Shown: positions 1 to 9,343 of the stretch, piece after piece | Layout: each line of letters starts with the position of its first letter | Position numbering within the stretch: the stretch's first letter is position 1 | Assembly: GCA_038320545.1 (NCBI GenBank) | Contig: JBBQEI010000002.1 | Span: 59,185-123,184, forward strand | Length of the DNA stretch: 64,000 nucleotides | Source of the DNA: Bacteroidales bacterium | Lineage (GTDB): Bacteria; Bacteroidota; Bacteroidia; Bacteroidales; JAAUTT01 | Reading direction: 5' to 3' | The notes under the pieces: generated by a model | The model's database searches: none | What the model saw: only the letters and a program-made list of their open reading frames with translations | What the model was told of the DNA's origin: nothing | Translations under genes and position numbers: made by a program

Positions 1-1177
1 AAGTGAAAATGGAAAAGAAACTGTTCCGGGTGAAATCGCCTGAGCCTCCGAGGCCATTCATCATGTGTTTTCCTAATACATGCGTGCTGTTCACATTTCC
101 AAAAATATCAACTTCAATGGCAGTATTTATGGTAATCAATCCTAATCTCCGAACTACTTCAGGATTATTGGATAATTCCTGTGGACGCAAAATGAATTTA
201 CTTCTGAAGAATTCGAAATTCCCATATACCTCCTCGAGCATGGAAGGGCTTATTGTCAATGAACAGCCGCTGGCAAATGTTACTTTTCCTTCTTTCATCA
301 GTTGGATTACAGAATCCTGGATTACTTCAGTATACATTTTAAATGCAGGGATATCAGGATTTTCACCTAAAGAATACAAAACTGCATTTGCAATATTTCC
401 TACACCCGACTGGATGGGTAAAAAATTTTTTGGAACAATACCGCATTTTATTTGACCAGCAAGAAAATTAGCTACATTCTCTCCAATTTTGGCGGTAACG
501 GCGTCAACTGGAGAAAAACCTCCAACTTCGTCAGGACGATTGGTTTCAACGATCCCGATAATTTTGGAAGGATCAACTTTAATAAATTCTGTACCACAAC
601 GATCTTCAACACTAAATATTGGAATAGCCTGACGATGAGGTGGATCCATAGGTTCGTAAAGATCGTGAACACCCCGAAGGCTTTTTGGATGCTTATGGTT
701 TAGTTCAATTATAATTTTGTCGGCTAACCTTGCAATGGTTGGGGAAATACCAACACCGGTAGTTGGGACAATCTCACCTCTATCGTTAATGTCGCAGGCT
801 TCAATAATGGCAACATCTATTTTACCCAAAAAGCCATATCTTAATTCCTGAGCAATTTGGGAAAGGTGCATATCGAAATATTTTGTATCTCCAGCGTTTA
901 ACAATGCTTTTAAATCGTTATTCGATTGGTATGGAGTCCTGAAAGCAATGCAATTTGCCCTTGCCAAAGCTCCGTCTAAAGAATCGCCGGTTGAAGCACC
1001 GGTAAACATTCCAATTTTGAATTTATTTCCTTTTTCGTGTTCTGCTATCGCTCTTTCACCTATTGCTGTCGGAACCGCTTTTGGAGAACCGGCTGGTGTA
1101 AAGCCACTAAATCCAACATTATCCCCATGTTTAACATAAGAAGCCGCTTCTTCGGCTGATATAAAACGTAATGCCAT
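1..1177 (-). CDS. acetyl-CoA hydrolase/transferase family protein (succinate/propionate CoA-transferase type); 3' end lies outside the window
   Basis: Absent from the ORF track because it runs off the window edge. Minus-strand translation from the ATG (revcomp of cat at 1175-1177) gives MALRFISAEEAASYVKHGDNVGFSGFTPAGSPKAVPTAIGERA...QSGVGNIANAVLYSL...HMMNGLGGSGDFTRN, typical of the Ach1/Cat1/ScpC CoA-transferase family. The + strand ORFs 3..455, 452..703 and 948..1139 are antisense shadows. Confidence 0.9.
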   Translation of the reverse strand, partial: MALRFISAEEAASYVKHGDNVGFSGFTPAGSPKAVPTAIGERAIAEHEKGNKFKIGMFTGASTGDSLDGALARANCIAFRTPYQSNNDLKALLNAGDTKYFDMHLSQIAQELRYGFLGKIDVAIIEACDINDRGEIVPTTGVGISPTIARLADKIIIELNHKHPKSLRGVHDLYEPMDPPHRQAIPIFSVEDRCGTEFIKVDPSKIIGIVETNRPDEVGGFSPVDAVTAKIGENVANFLAGQIKCGIVPKNFLPIQSGVGNIANAVLYSLGENPDIPAFKMYTEVIQDSVIQLMKEGKVTFASGCSLTISPSMLEEVYGNFEFFRSKFILRPQELSNNPEVVRRLGLITINTAIEVDIFGNVNSTHVLGKHMMNGLGGSGDFTRNSFFSIFT

Positions 1178-1281
1178 TTTTAATATTTTTAAAAAGTTAA
1201 TCCGATTGGATCTAATAATAATTAATACCGTTTTTTATAAGAAACCGCAAAATTAATCTTTTCTTAATTAAAACAGGAAGA

Positions 1282-1323
1282 AATGGAATTCTATTGTTAT
1301 AAAAAAAACAATAAAATTCCATT
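1282..1323 (-). terminator. AT-rich 17-bp hairpin downstream of the 1391..2389 gene (possible terminator)
   Basis: aatggaattctattgtt (1282-1298) pairs with aacaataaaattccatt (1307-1323) with one mismatch. There is no clean U-tract after the stem on the minus strand, so the call is weak. Confidence 0.3.
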
Positions 1324-1390
1324 ATTTATAAATCATTGGAAATGAGGAAAATATCAAATAAATTGAATTTAGAAATTTAATTCTCATAAT

Positions 1391-2389
1391 TTACTGATAA
1401 TACTTTTTTAATTTTTGCTCGAATAATTTTTGGTTAAGCATGTTTATGCTCCTAATGGTATTAACAACCTGCAATTCTTTGTTATATCTACTTTCGGGGG
1501 TTAATTCATCAACATTACGGTAAACAATTTTCTCCATCCGATATCCTTTTTCATCGAGGGCCATGGCCACTGCTACCTGAATATCGTCAAATACTATAAT
1601 ACTTGGTAACCTGTTGAACGAATACTGCAATATTGCTTTTTGCACCATCGTTTGAATATAACTGATCTGAGCATTTCCCAGATAATTGGAACCTAAAAGT
1701 ATTTTAACAAGATCGATTTTCGAGATGGATTTTAAATCTCCTTTTACTTTCATTTCATTGTACTCCTTCTGGGACGTTTGAAGAAATAATTCGACCCACT
1801 CCTGGGGTATATGCTGAAGATCGGTGAGTTGACCTTCTTTTAGCTTCTTTTTATATTCTTTCTTTGCATTTTTCTGTTCGTATGGAATATAGAATTGCCA
1901 TTTTTTTGTACGTAAATAAGATTTAGTGACTGGTTTAGGTTTCCAGTTAGTCTTGGGACGGACCATCAGTGGTGCCGTTGGATCTAAATATTTAGTTTCA
2001 AGAGAGTACAACATGCAATTCAGAAAGTGAATCCACCCACCTCCTAAAGAAGAATGTAATGAACCCCAAAGAGATAAAGGCCGGTTGGAATTTGTATTAC
2101 TTCCTTCCTGCTTATCAATTGGGATTTTATTATAATTTAACTGATCAACAAATTCACTAGCCAACATTACCGGATAATATACAAATTCAGAAGAAGTACT
2201 ATCTGATTTACTATTTGTATGAAACAAGTCTTTTACATTCAGGGAAAACGACGAATCATTGCTTAAAGTCATGTGTATCTGGAAATCAATTCCCCATTTC
2301 ATGTCTTTGATAAAGGGATTAACATTCACTTGTGCCCTTAAATTCAAAAAAATAATACTGCCTAACAAGAAAAGGTAAATCTTCTTCAT
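1391..2389 (-). CDS. secreted hypothetical protein
   Basis: 332-aa ORF with an N-terminal signal peptide (MKKIYLFLLGSIIFLNLRAQ). No family recognised by eye. Confidence 0.6.
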   Translation of the reverse strand: MKKIYLFLLGSIIFLNLRAQVNVNPFIKDMKWGIDFQIHMTLSNDSSFSLNVKDLFHTNSKSDSTSSEFVYYPVMLASEFVDQLNYNKIPIDKQEGSNTNSNRPLSLWGSLHSSLGGGWIHFLNCMLYSLETKYLDPTAPLMVRPKTNWKPKPVTKSYLRTKKWQFYIPYEQKNAKKEYKKKLKEGQLTDLQHIPQEWVELFLQTSQKEYNEMKVKGDLKSISKIDLVKILLGSNYLGNAQISYIQTMVQKAILQYSFNRLPSIIVFDDIQVAVAMALDEKGYRMEKIVYRNVDELTPESRYNKELQVVNTIRSINMLNQKLFEQKLKKYYQ

Positions 2390-2439
2390 AAATCAATTTT
2401 AATATTTATATCACGTGTGGAACAAACTACATCCTTCAA

Positions 2440-2447
2440 CAAATTTA
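2440..2447 (-). promoter_or_regulatory. Bacteroidota-type -7 box (TAAATTTG on minus strand) for the 1391..2389 gene
   Basis: Plus strand caaattta is TAAATTTG on the minus strand and matches the TAnnTTTG consensus. It lies about 50 nt upstream of the ATG at 2389. Confidence 0.4.
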
Positions 2448-2538
2448 ACTGTTGTTTGTATAGGTATGTAATAAGTTGAAAACTTCCTTTTAAATTTAGC
2501 AATTGTGGATAAAATTATTATCATAAATTCTCAAAACA

Positions 2539-3486
2539 ATGAAAGCTGTTTTAATTCGTGATTTTGGCGATAGAAGTAAACTTGAAATTGCCGACGTACC
2601 AAAACCTGAACCCGATGAAGGAGAAGTTCTTGTTCGGATTAAGGCTGCTGGCGTAAATCCTGTTGATTACAAAATTCGTTCAGGATTGTATAAGGGACGT
2701 ATGCCTCTTGAATTGCCAATTATTTTAGGTTGGGATGTTGCAGGAATTGTCGAAAAAAACGGGTTTGGAGCAAGTCGATTCGATCCGGGAGAAGAGGTTT
2801 TTGCTTATGCGCGCCGGAAATTACTTAAAAATGGAACGTATGCTGAATATATTACACTTCCTGAAAGTTTTCTAGCTTATAAACCCAAATCGCTTTCATT
2901 TGAAGAAGCAGCAGCTTTACCACTTGCCGGATTAACTGCATTTCAATCGATTCTACAAAAAGGCAAGCTGATGGTGAACGAAAGAGTTTTAATTTTAGGG
3001 GCAACAGGTGGAGTTGGGTCATTTGCTATTCAGATTGCAAAAGCTGTTGGTGCCTCAGTTGTAGCCGTTGCTAGTAAAAAAAATGTCGCATATGCAATCT
3101 CTTTAGGCGCTGACGATTTTATAGATTATACCAGCGTTGATTTGAAAACTGAAATTGAACAGCGGTTTCCTGATAAATTTGACCTGGTTTTCGATTGTGT
3201 GGGCAAAGAAACCCTTGAACAGGCTTATCAGTTTGTTAAACATGGCGGTCGGCTGGTTTCAATTCTTGGACAGGTAAATGAGGAATTGGCCGAAAAACAT
3301 AAAGTATTGTTTCACTACGTATTTGTGGAACCTAATGTGAAACAGTTAAACCAGTTTACACAATGGATAGGAGAGGGGAAAGTTAAAGTTCATGTTGATC
3401 ATAAATTTCCCTTGGAAGAAGTTGTCAAAGCTCATGAACTAATCGAAAGTGGCCATACAACCGGCAAAATCGTTTTAACCGTTTAA
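2539..3486 (+). CDS. NADPH:quinone oxidoreductase-like MDR family oxidoreductase
   Basis: 315 aa with a GroES-like N-domain and the Rossmann motif LILGATGGVGSFAIQ. Overall layout matches zeta-crystallin/Qor-type medium-chain reductases. Confidence 0.85.
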   Translation: MKAVLIRDFGDRSKLEIADVPKPEPDEGEVLVRIKAAGVNPVDYKIRSGLYKGRMPLELPIILGWDVAGIVEKNGFGASRFDPGEEVFAYARRKLLKNGTYAEYITLPESFLAYKPKSLSFEEAAALPLAGLTAFQSILQKGKLMVNERVLILGATGGVGSFAIQIAKAVGASVVAVASKKNVAYAISLGADDFIDYTSVDLKTEIEQRFPDKFDLVFDCVGKETLEQAYQFVKHGGRLVSILGQVNEELAEKHKVLFHYVFVEPNVKQLNQFTQWIGEGKVKVHVDHKFPLEEVVKAHELIESGHTTGKIVLTV

Positions 3487-3536
3487 ATTATTGGCAGAAG
3501 CTTATCTTTATTCATATATATATCGAATAAGAATTA

Positions 3537-3544
3537 TAGATTTG
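3537..3544 (+). promoter_or_regulatory. -7 box TAGATTTG upstream of the GT9 gene
   Basis: Matches TAnnTTTG and ends 22 nt upstream of the ATG at 3566. Confidence 0.4.
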
Positions 3545-3565
3545 CGTTTTTTCTATAAACTTTAA

Positions 3566-4552
3566 ATGGCTAAATTTCTTATCATACAAACTGCTTTTAT
3601 TGGCGACGTAGTGCTCTCAACTCCTGTGATTGAATCGTTATATAATAATTTTCCGGGTTGCCAGATCGATTTTTTATTGCGAAAAGGAAATGAAGGTTTG
3701 TTTGAAAATCATCCACGTTTAAGAAAGTTATTTATCTGGAATAAAAAAGAAGGAAAAATTTCAAACTTGTTTTCGCTTTTAAAGGAAATAAGAAAAGAAA
3801 AGTACGATTATGTAATTAATCTTCAACGGTTTTTTTCAACTGGTTTCTTTACCAGTCTCTCCGGAGGTAAAACCAAAATCGGTTTCAGCAAAAATCCTTT
3901 ATCTTTTCTGTATAATCAGCGTTTTCCGCATGTCATCGATGCTTCAAATGGTCAATTGCACGAAATTGACAGGAATTTATTGCTCTTGTCAGGAATAGTA
4001 AAAAATCAGGAAAGACATTTCCCTAAATTATATCCCTCAAAACAAGATTTTAATCAGGTGCCATCTGGTACTTATATAACAATTTCTCCTACCTCTGTTT
4101 GGTCAACAAAACAATACCCTGCAAAATACTGGGAGCAATTAATCAGGAACGTTCCAAAAGGCTATTCTATTTATCTGTTGGGAGGAAATGCAGATTTTGA
4201 AGCGTGCGAATCAATTCTTCAAAACTGTAGTGAAAGAGAAAATGTAAACAATATGGCTGGAAAACTTACTTTTTTACAGTCCGCTGCTTTTATGAAATCA
4301 GCCATCATGAATTATGTAAACGATTCAGCTCCACTTCATATAGCATCGTCTATGGAAGCTCCCGTTACCGCTGTATTTTGTTCTACAACCCCCAAATTTG
4401 GCTTTGGCTCTGTTCATAATAATTCCAGAGTTGTGGAAGCTATTCCAGGTCTATCGTGTAAACCATGTGGATTACATGGCTACAAAGTTTGTCCCTTAGG
4501 ACATTTTAAATGTGGTGATATCGATCCTCTCCTTGTTTTGGGAGATATTTAA
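3566..4552 (+). CDS. glycosyltransferase family 9 protein (ADP-heptose:LPS heptosyltransferase-like)
   Basis: 328 aa. The N-terminus FLIIQTAFIGDVVLSTPVIESL and the later ISPTSVWSTKQYP / DSAPLHIA segments are typical of GT9 heptosyltransferases. Confidence 0.8.
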   Translation: MAKFLIIQTAFIGDVVLSTPVIESLYNNFPGCQIDFLLRKGNEGLFENHPRLRKLFIWNKKEGKISNLFSLLKEIRKEKYDYVINLQRFFSTGFFTSLSGGKTKIGFSKNPLSFLYNQRFPHVIDASNGQLHEIDRNLLLLSGIVKNQERHFPKLYPSKQDFNQVPSGTYITISPTSVWSTKQYPAKYWEQLIRNVPKGYSIYLLGGNADFEACESILQNCSERENVNNMAGKLTFLQSAAFMKSAIMNYVNDSAPLHIASSMEAPVTAVFCSTTPKFGFGSVHNNSRVVEAIPGLSCKPCGLHGYKVCPLGHFKCGDIDPLLVLGDI

Positions 4553-5583
4553 ATTTCTATCATGGCTTTAATTACTCCATCGTGGTAGTTTGCTACCATA
4601 TCGAAAGCTTCTTTGGTTTGGCTTAAAGAGAAATGGTGAGTAACCCAATCGTTGATATTAATGGTGCTATTATTAATCAATTCCAGGCATTGCTCAACAA
4701 CACCGTTTTGTCTTCTTACATTTTGAATGCAGATTTCTTTATGTCGCATATTGTCCACATCAAAACTATACCTGCTATTTTCCGGAATTCCGATAATCAT
4801 TAGCTTCCCTCCGGGCTTTAATATAGAAATAGCCTCGTTTATAGCTTCCTGTTTGCCGCAACATTCGAATACAACATCAAGTAAATCTGGTTGAAGTTCA
4901 TTTATTTTTGTAATTACATCATCTTTGTCTGGATTTCCCGTCCAGCTGGCTCCTTTATTTTTGGCAAATTGCAGACGGTATTCTAACCTGTCGGTTATGT
5001 AAATGTTGCCACAATTGCTGGATTTTGCCGATTCCAGAACACTTAAACCTATAGGGCCAGCTCCCAAAATGCCAATATTTACTCCTGCATTTATTCCTGA
5101 TAGTTTCATCCCATAATAACCAATAGAAAGGGGTTCCGATAATGATGCTTCAATCAGGGAAGTATTATCGGACAATGGGAAGCAACTGTTTTGTGGCATT
5201 ACAATATATTCTGAAAGGCAACCTTCTGCCTGGCCCGGACACCCCAGAAATTTTAATCTGCGGCATGTGTGTGGACGTCCCGCTAGGCATTGGTCACAAT
5301 TTTCGCAAGGCATGGCAGGGTCGATTGCTATTCGGTCGCCAGGTTTTACACGGTTTACTTTTGATCCTGCTTTTTCAATAATTCCTGCTCCTTCGTGGCC
5401 GACAGTAAATGGATAATCCACAATTTGGTTTCCAATTCTTCCGTGGGAATAATAATGTATGTCTGAACCGCACACCCCTATATGGGTCATTTTGATTAAA
5501 ACATCGGTATCGTGTTCTATTTCTGGTATAGGAACATCAAATAATTTCATTTGATTTATTCCTGTGAGTTTCATTGCTTTCAT
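4549..5583 (-). CDS. zinc-dependent alcohol/polyol dehydrogenase (sorbitol or threonine dehydrogenase-like)
   Basis: 344 aa with GVCGSDIHYY, GHEGAG, the structural-zinc Cys cluster CENCDQCLAGRPHTC and GAGPIGL. It overlaps the convergent GT9 gene by 4 nt. Confidence 0.85.
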   Translation of the reverse strand: MKAMKLTGINQMKLFDVPIPEIEHDTDVLIKMTHIGVCGSDIHYYSHGRIGNQIVDYPFTVGHEGAGIIEKAGSKVNRVKPGDRIAIDPAMPCENCDQCLAGRPHTCRRLKFLGCPGQAEGCLSEYIVMPQNSCFPLSDNTSLIEASLSEPLSIGYYGMKLSGINAGVNIGILGAGPIGLSVLESAKSSNCGNIYITDRLEYRLQFAKNKGASWTGNPDKDDVITKINELQPDLLDVVFECCGKQEAINEAISILKPGGKLMIIGIPENSRYSFDVDNMRHKEICIQNVRRQNGVVEQCLELINNSTININDWVTHHFSLSQTKEAFDMVANYHDGVIKAMIEI

Positions 5584-5648
5584 AAGATTCGCTTATAGTC
5601 CAAAGATAACTTTTATTACTATATCTATATTGTTTAGTTAAGAAGCAG

Positions 5649-5746
5649 GCTTCGACTCCGCTCAGCCTGACGAACTGGTATTAGTGTCGCACTGAGCGGA
5701 GTTGAAGTGTATATTAATAATTCAATTCCTAAACTTACCGACATTA
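5649..5746 (+). repeat. family-1 intergenic hairpin repeat, copy 1 (98 nt)
   Basis: Shares 89 of 98 positions (counted by eye) with 37105..37202. It contains a 16-bp stem, cttcgactccgctcag (5651-5666) with ctgagcggagttgaag (5693-5708), then a conserved tail attcaattcctaaactta(c/a)cgacatt. Confidence 0.85.
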
Positions 5747-5857
5747 ATTACTGTATTATTAAGCAATTAATAATCCTAAGTGAAAGAAATTTTTGCAACC
5801 ATTGAAAATGTACTTACTTTTGAGCTTATTAAAACAGAGTACATATTATTTATATTT

Positions 5858-6460
5858 ATGAAAGAAGAAATATCAGCTATTGTTAAATCAGAAGCTCAGG
5901 CTATTCTTAATATACCAATCAACGATTCATATCAGAAAGCCATTGATATAATTTATGAAAGAGTTCACGGATTAAAAGGCAAATTGATAGCTTCAGGAAT
6001 GGGCAAAGCAGGTCAAATTGCAATTAATATGGCTACTACTTTTAGTTCAACCGGCACCCCGGCTGTTTTTTTGCATCCTGCTGATGCCCAGCATGGCGAT
6101 TTAGGCGTATTGCAGGAAAATGATGTTCTTTTAATTATTTCTAATTCAGGCCGAACAAGAGAGATTTTGGAACTGGTTGAATTATCTAAAAGGCTTTACC
6201 AAAATATCCCTAAAATTGTTATTACCGGTAACCTAAACAGCGATCTTGCTAAAATTGCCGATGTTTGTCTTCATACTGGCGGGCCTGCCGAAGTTTGTCC
6301 TTTAGGTTTAACACCTACAACTTCGACAACGGTAATGACAGTAATTGGAGATGTACTTGTTGTATCGCTGATGAAACGTATTAATTTTTCTCATATCGAA
6401 TATGCCAAAAGGCATCATGGAGGATATTTAGGTGAAAAATCACGTAATGCAACAAAATAA
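5858..6460 (+). CDS. SIS-domain sugar-phosphate isomerase, KpsF/KdsD-like but lacking CBS domains (possible single-domain arabinose-5-phosphate isomerase)
   Basis: Motifs LIASGMGKAGQIA, FLHPADAQHGDLG and LLIISNSGRT are KpsF/GutQ-type SIS signatures. The protein ends shortly after the SIS domain. Start moved from GTG 5780 to ATG 5858 (MKEEISAIV...). Confidence 0.75.
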   Translation: MKEEISAIVKSEAQAILNIPINDSYQKAIDIIYERVHGLKGKLIASGMGKAGQIAINMATTFSSTGTPAVFLHPADAQHGDLGVLQENDVLLIISNSGRTREILELVELSKRLYQNIPKIVITGNLNSDLAKIADVCLHTGGPAEVCPLGLTPTTSTTVMTVIGDVLVVSLMKRINFSHIEYAKRHHGGYLGEKSRNATK

Positions 6461-6576
6461 AATATGACAGTTCAAAGGAATAATCGTCAGGATAGAATTA
6501 TCTCAGGCATGTTTTAAAAGTTTGTCAAATGCCGGTGTTCATGCGTTCAATTGAAAATTATCTCAATAAGTAATCT

Positions 6577-7503
6577 ATGAGGAGAGTCTTTGCTATTGGC
6601 GAAACTGTTCTGGATATAATGTTTAAGAATAATATTCCTGTTTCAGCTAAACCCGGCGGATCAATGTTAAATGTAGCTGTGACACTGGGAAGATTAAATG
6701 AATCCGTTTATTTTATCAGTGAATATGGAACTGATCAGGTTGGCGATTTGATTGATGATTTTCTTGTTGCAAACGGAGTGAATACAAAATTTATAAATCG
6801 CTACAGTGAAGGTAAATCAGCTCTGGCTTTAGCTTTCCTCGATAAAAACCAAAATGCTGCTTATAGTTTCTATAAATCATATCCGAAAGATCGTTTAAGT
6901 ATTGAAATGCCAGATATCTCTCAAGGCGATATATTGATGTTCGGCTCATTTTTTGGCATTGCTCCTGAAATTCGCCCTGATTTATTAAAAATTCTTACAA
7001 ATGCTAGAGAGAGTGGGGCTTTGGTTATTTATGATCCAAATTTCAGAAAACCTCACCTGAATGAGCTTGATGAACTACTTCCATATATAAAAGAAAACAT
7101 TCAAATTGCAGATATAATTAAAGGATCGGATGAAGATTTTAAATTAATTTTCGGAGCCAATTCTGCTCTTGAAGCGTTTGAATATATATCTGATAAACGT
7201 AAGATTTTAATATACACTGCAGGTAAAGATGGAGCTACTTTAGTTTTTGAAAATCAAATTATTCAAATAGCTGCTAAACAAATTGAAACTGTTAGTACTG
7301 TTGGTGCCGGTGATAATTTTAATGCAGGAGTGGCTTTTGGTCTTTTAAAAAATGATGTTACGCTCAGGAATATTTTTTCAATTTCCACTTTAAAGTGGAA
7401 AGAAATTGTAAAATGCGGAATCGATTTTGCCACAGAGGTATGTTTAAGCTACGATAATTATATATCATCAGACTATGCCAAAAATTACTACCTTAAAAAT
7501 TGA
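6577..7503 (+). CDS. PfkB-family carbohydrate kinase (fructokinase-like)
   Basis: 308 aa with the ribokinase/PfkB fold pattern and the C-terminal signature TVGAGDNFNAG. Confidence 0.85.
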   Translation: MRRVFAIGETVLDIMFKNNIPVSAKPGGSMLNVAVTLGRLNESVYFISEYGTDQVGDLIDDFLVANGVNTKFINRYSEGKSALALAFLDKNQNAAYSFYKSYPKDRLSIEMPDISQGDILMFGSFFGIAPEIRPDLLKILTNARESGALVIYDPNFRKPHLNELDELLPYIKENIQIADIIKGSDEDFKLIFGANSALEAFEYISDKRKILIYTAGKDGATLVFENQIIQIAAKQIETVSTVGAGDNFNAGVAFGLLKNDVTLRNIFSISTLKWKEIVKCGIDFATEVCLSYDNYISSDYAKNYYLKN

Positions 7504-7508
7504 ATAAA

Positions 7509-8051
7509 ATGAGAATACAAGCCGATGAATCTTTTGGTGTTATCATAGATGTTCAGGATAAACTATTTCCTCATATGCATGAAAATGAAAATCTTCTGAA
7601 AAGACTTTCTGTACTTATTCAGGGACTTCAGTTTTTGGATATCCAAATTTTAGTGACAGAGCAATATACCCGGGGGCTGGGATATACTGTTGACCCAATT
7701 AAAAATTTATTTCATGGATTCAATTCAATTGAAAAAATCTCTTTTAGTTGTGTTGATGAACCCTTGTTTAATGATCAGATTAAATGGATGCGGAAGAAAT
7801 TTGTTATCATTGCTGGTATTGAAGCACATGTGTGCATATTGCAAACTGTGGAGGACCTTTTAGAACAGGAATATATTCCTGTAGTTGTCGAAGATTGTGT
7901 TTCGTCAAGGAAACTTTCGGATAAGGAAAATGCTTTACAAAGGATGCGCAGCGATGGTGCAATTATCACCACAGCAGAATCAATTTTATTTGAATTATGT
8001 AGACATGCAGGGAACGAACGCTTCAAAGCCATTTCGGGTTTAGTAAAATAA
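7509..8051 (+). CDS. isochorismatase-family (cysteine hydrolase) protein
   Basis: FGVIIDVQDKLF and FVIIAGIEAHVCILQTVEDLL are typical of isochorismatase-like hydrolases. Start placed at ATG 7509 rather than TTG 7500. It abuts the kinase stop codon. Confidence 0.8.
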   Translation: MRIQADESFGVIIDVQDKLFPHMHENENLLKRLSVLIQGLQFLDIQILVTEQYTRGLGYTVDPIKNLFHGFNSIEKISFSCVDEPLFNDQIKWMRKKFVIIAGIEAHVCILQTVEDLLEQEYIPVVVEDCVSSRKLSDKENALQRMRSDGAIITTAESILFELCRHAGNERFKAISGLVK

Positions 8052-8117
8052 GATAAGCTTATTTGTAGGGTAATAAATTTTTTTTTACATTTAGATCGTT
8101 ATTTACACAATTACATT

Positions 8118-8960
8118 ATGATAAAAAATATTTTTCTGTCTACCTTGATTTGTAGTTTGATTGTTTTCTTTTCCTGCAAATCGCCGAAACAAACTAATAC
8201 TGAAAATGAAGACCAGAAAGATTCATTATCGATTAATGATGCTGCAGCAATTGATGATGGAGGAATTCAGATTTTTTATAATATGTATTTATCTGTTGAG
8301 ATGAATACTTTATTTAAAAGTATTGGTGCTTCCTTTAATAAAGATTTGCTAAATCCGTACGATAATGCAAATCAATATGAAATTAGCGGTGATAAAGCTA
8401 TTAATCTTGGAGTTTATGCAGTAGACCTAAGTTATTCCAGGGCTTTTGAACAAATTGATTATGCTGGTAACTATTTAAAAGCCATGCACAAGTTAGCAAC
8501 TGAACTTGGAATTCCTGGTGAAAAATTTTACCTGTCAGTTAAGAGAATTGAACAAAACGTTTCTAATAAAGATTCATTGGTAAAAATTGCCAACGAATTA
8601 TATTCAGCCACTGAAACGTATTTAAAAGATAGTGAACGCGAAAGTTCAGCAGCTCTGGTGATACTGGGAGGCTGGACTGAAGCCCTTTATATAGCCACCA
8701 ATATGGTGAATAAAAAAGAGAAAGACATTGAATTACTTGAAAGAATATCAGATCAAAAGGAATCTTTACAAAATCTGATCGATCTTTTAAGCAAATATAA
8801 AAATGATAAAAATGTAGCACCTTACCTGGAACATCTGAATAAACTTAAAAAGTCGTTTAATACATTTGTAGTTGATGAAAACAATATGGATAAAACTTAC
8901 AAACAACTCTCGGAGGTTACCTCGTTGGTGCGAATGTTACGAAAAGAAATAATAGACTGA
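8118..8960 (+). CDS. lipoprotein of unknown function (paralogue of 10747..11664)
   Basis: Lipobox LIVFFSC. The shared blocks LLNP..N...Y, A(I/L)NLG(V/I)Y..DLSY and GGW(T/I)E(A/G)LYIAT align with the 305-aa ORF at 10747. Confidence 0.7.
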   Translation: MIKNIFLSTLICSLIVFFSCKSPKQTNTENEDQKDSLSINDAAAIDDGGIQIFYNMYLSVEMNTLFKSIGASFNKDLLNPYDNANQYEISGDKAINLGVYAVDLSYSRAFEQIDYAGNYLKAMHKLATELGIPGEKFYLSVKRIEQNVSNKDSLVKIANELYSATETYLKDSERESSAALVILGGWTEALYIATNMVNKKEKDIELLERISDQKESLQNLIDLLSKYKNDKNVAPYLEHLNKLKKSFNTFVVDENNMDKTYKQLSEVTSLVRMLRKEIID

Positions 8961-8997
8961 TAACACTTTTGGCTCAGGCCTTAAATAATATAGAAGG

Positions 8998-9027
8998 AGG
9001 TATTCAATTTTGGATACCTTTTTTTTT
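8998..9027 (+). terminator. rho-independent terminator after the 8118..8960 gene
   Basis: Stem aggtat (8998-9003) pairs with atacct (9014-9019), followed by a T-run through 9027. Confidence 0.55.
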
Positions 9028-9057
9028 GCATAAGAATCTAACTTATAAAATTGTGAT

Positions 9058-9065
9058 TATATTTG
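9058..9065 (+). promoter_or_regulatory. -7 box TATATTTG, putative corA promoter
   Basis: Matches TAnnTTTG and sits about 290 nt upstream of the corA ATG, implying a long leader. Confidence 0.4.
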
Positions 9066-9275
9066 CAGCGAAAATTAATATTAAAAATATATGGACGAAG
9101 GCCCTGCGGATCTTAATCATTTATTAATTAACAGAAACCGGCCCACCGTTTAATTTTTAACCGAGTGTCCGGGGTAAAACAAGGATACTCATGAATAAAT
9201 TGATCTTCTCTAAAATTTCAACCTTCTATTTCAAAAGAAGAACCTTGTTGTTCAGTATCAGATATAAATACCGAA

Positions 9276-9343
9276 GTTGATGCTGGAGTTGTTATATACA
9301 ACTCCGTTCCATGTTTTTATTTACTCTTAAGCATCAACTTTTT
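9276..9343 (+). promoter_or_regulatory. terminator-like nested hairpin in the corA leader (possible attenuator)
   Basis: The outer 9-bp stem gttgatgct (9276-9284) pairs with agcatcaac (9330-9338). The inner 8-bp stem ggagttgt (9285-9292) pairs with acaactcc (9298-9305). TTTTT follows at 9339-9343, 13 nt before the ATG at 9356. Confidence 0.45.

Noticed and set aside
3-1139. Plus-strand ORFs 3..455, 452..703 and 948..1139, and minus-strand ORF 472..672
   Set aside because: All overlap the minus-strand CoA-transferase reading frame, which gives a long, clearly recognisable family translation. These ORFs have no recognisable features.
1391-2389. GldN/PorN identity for the 332-aa secreted protein
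   Set aside because: Size and signal peptide fit. However, I could not align it to GldN sequences as I remember them, and there is no gldKLM context. It is left as hypothetical.
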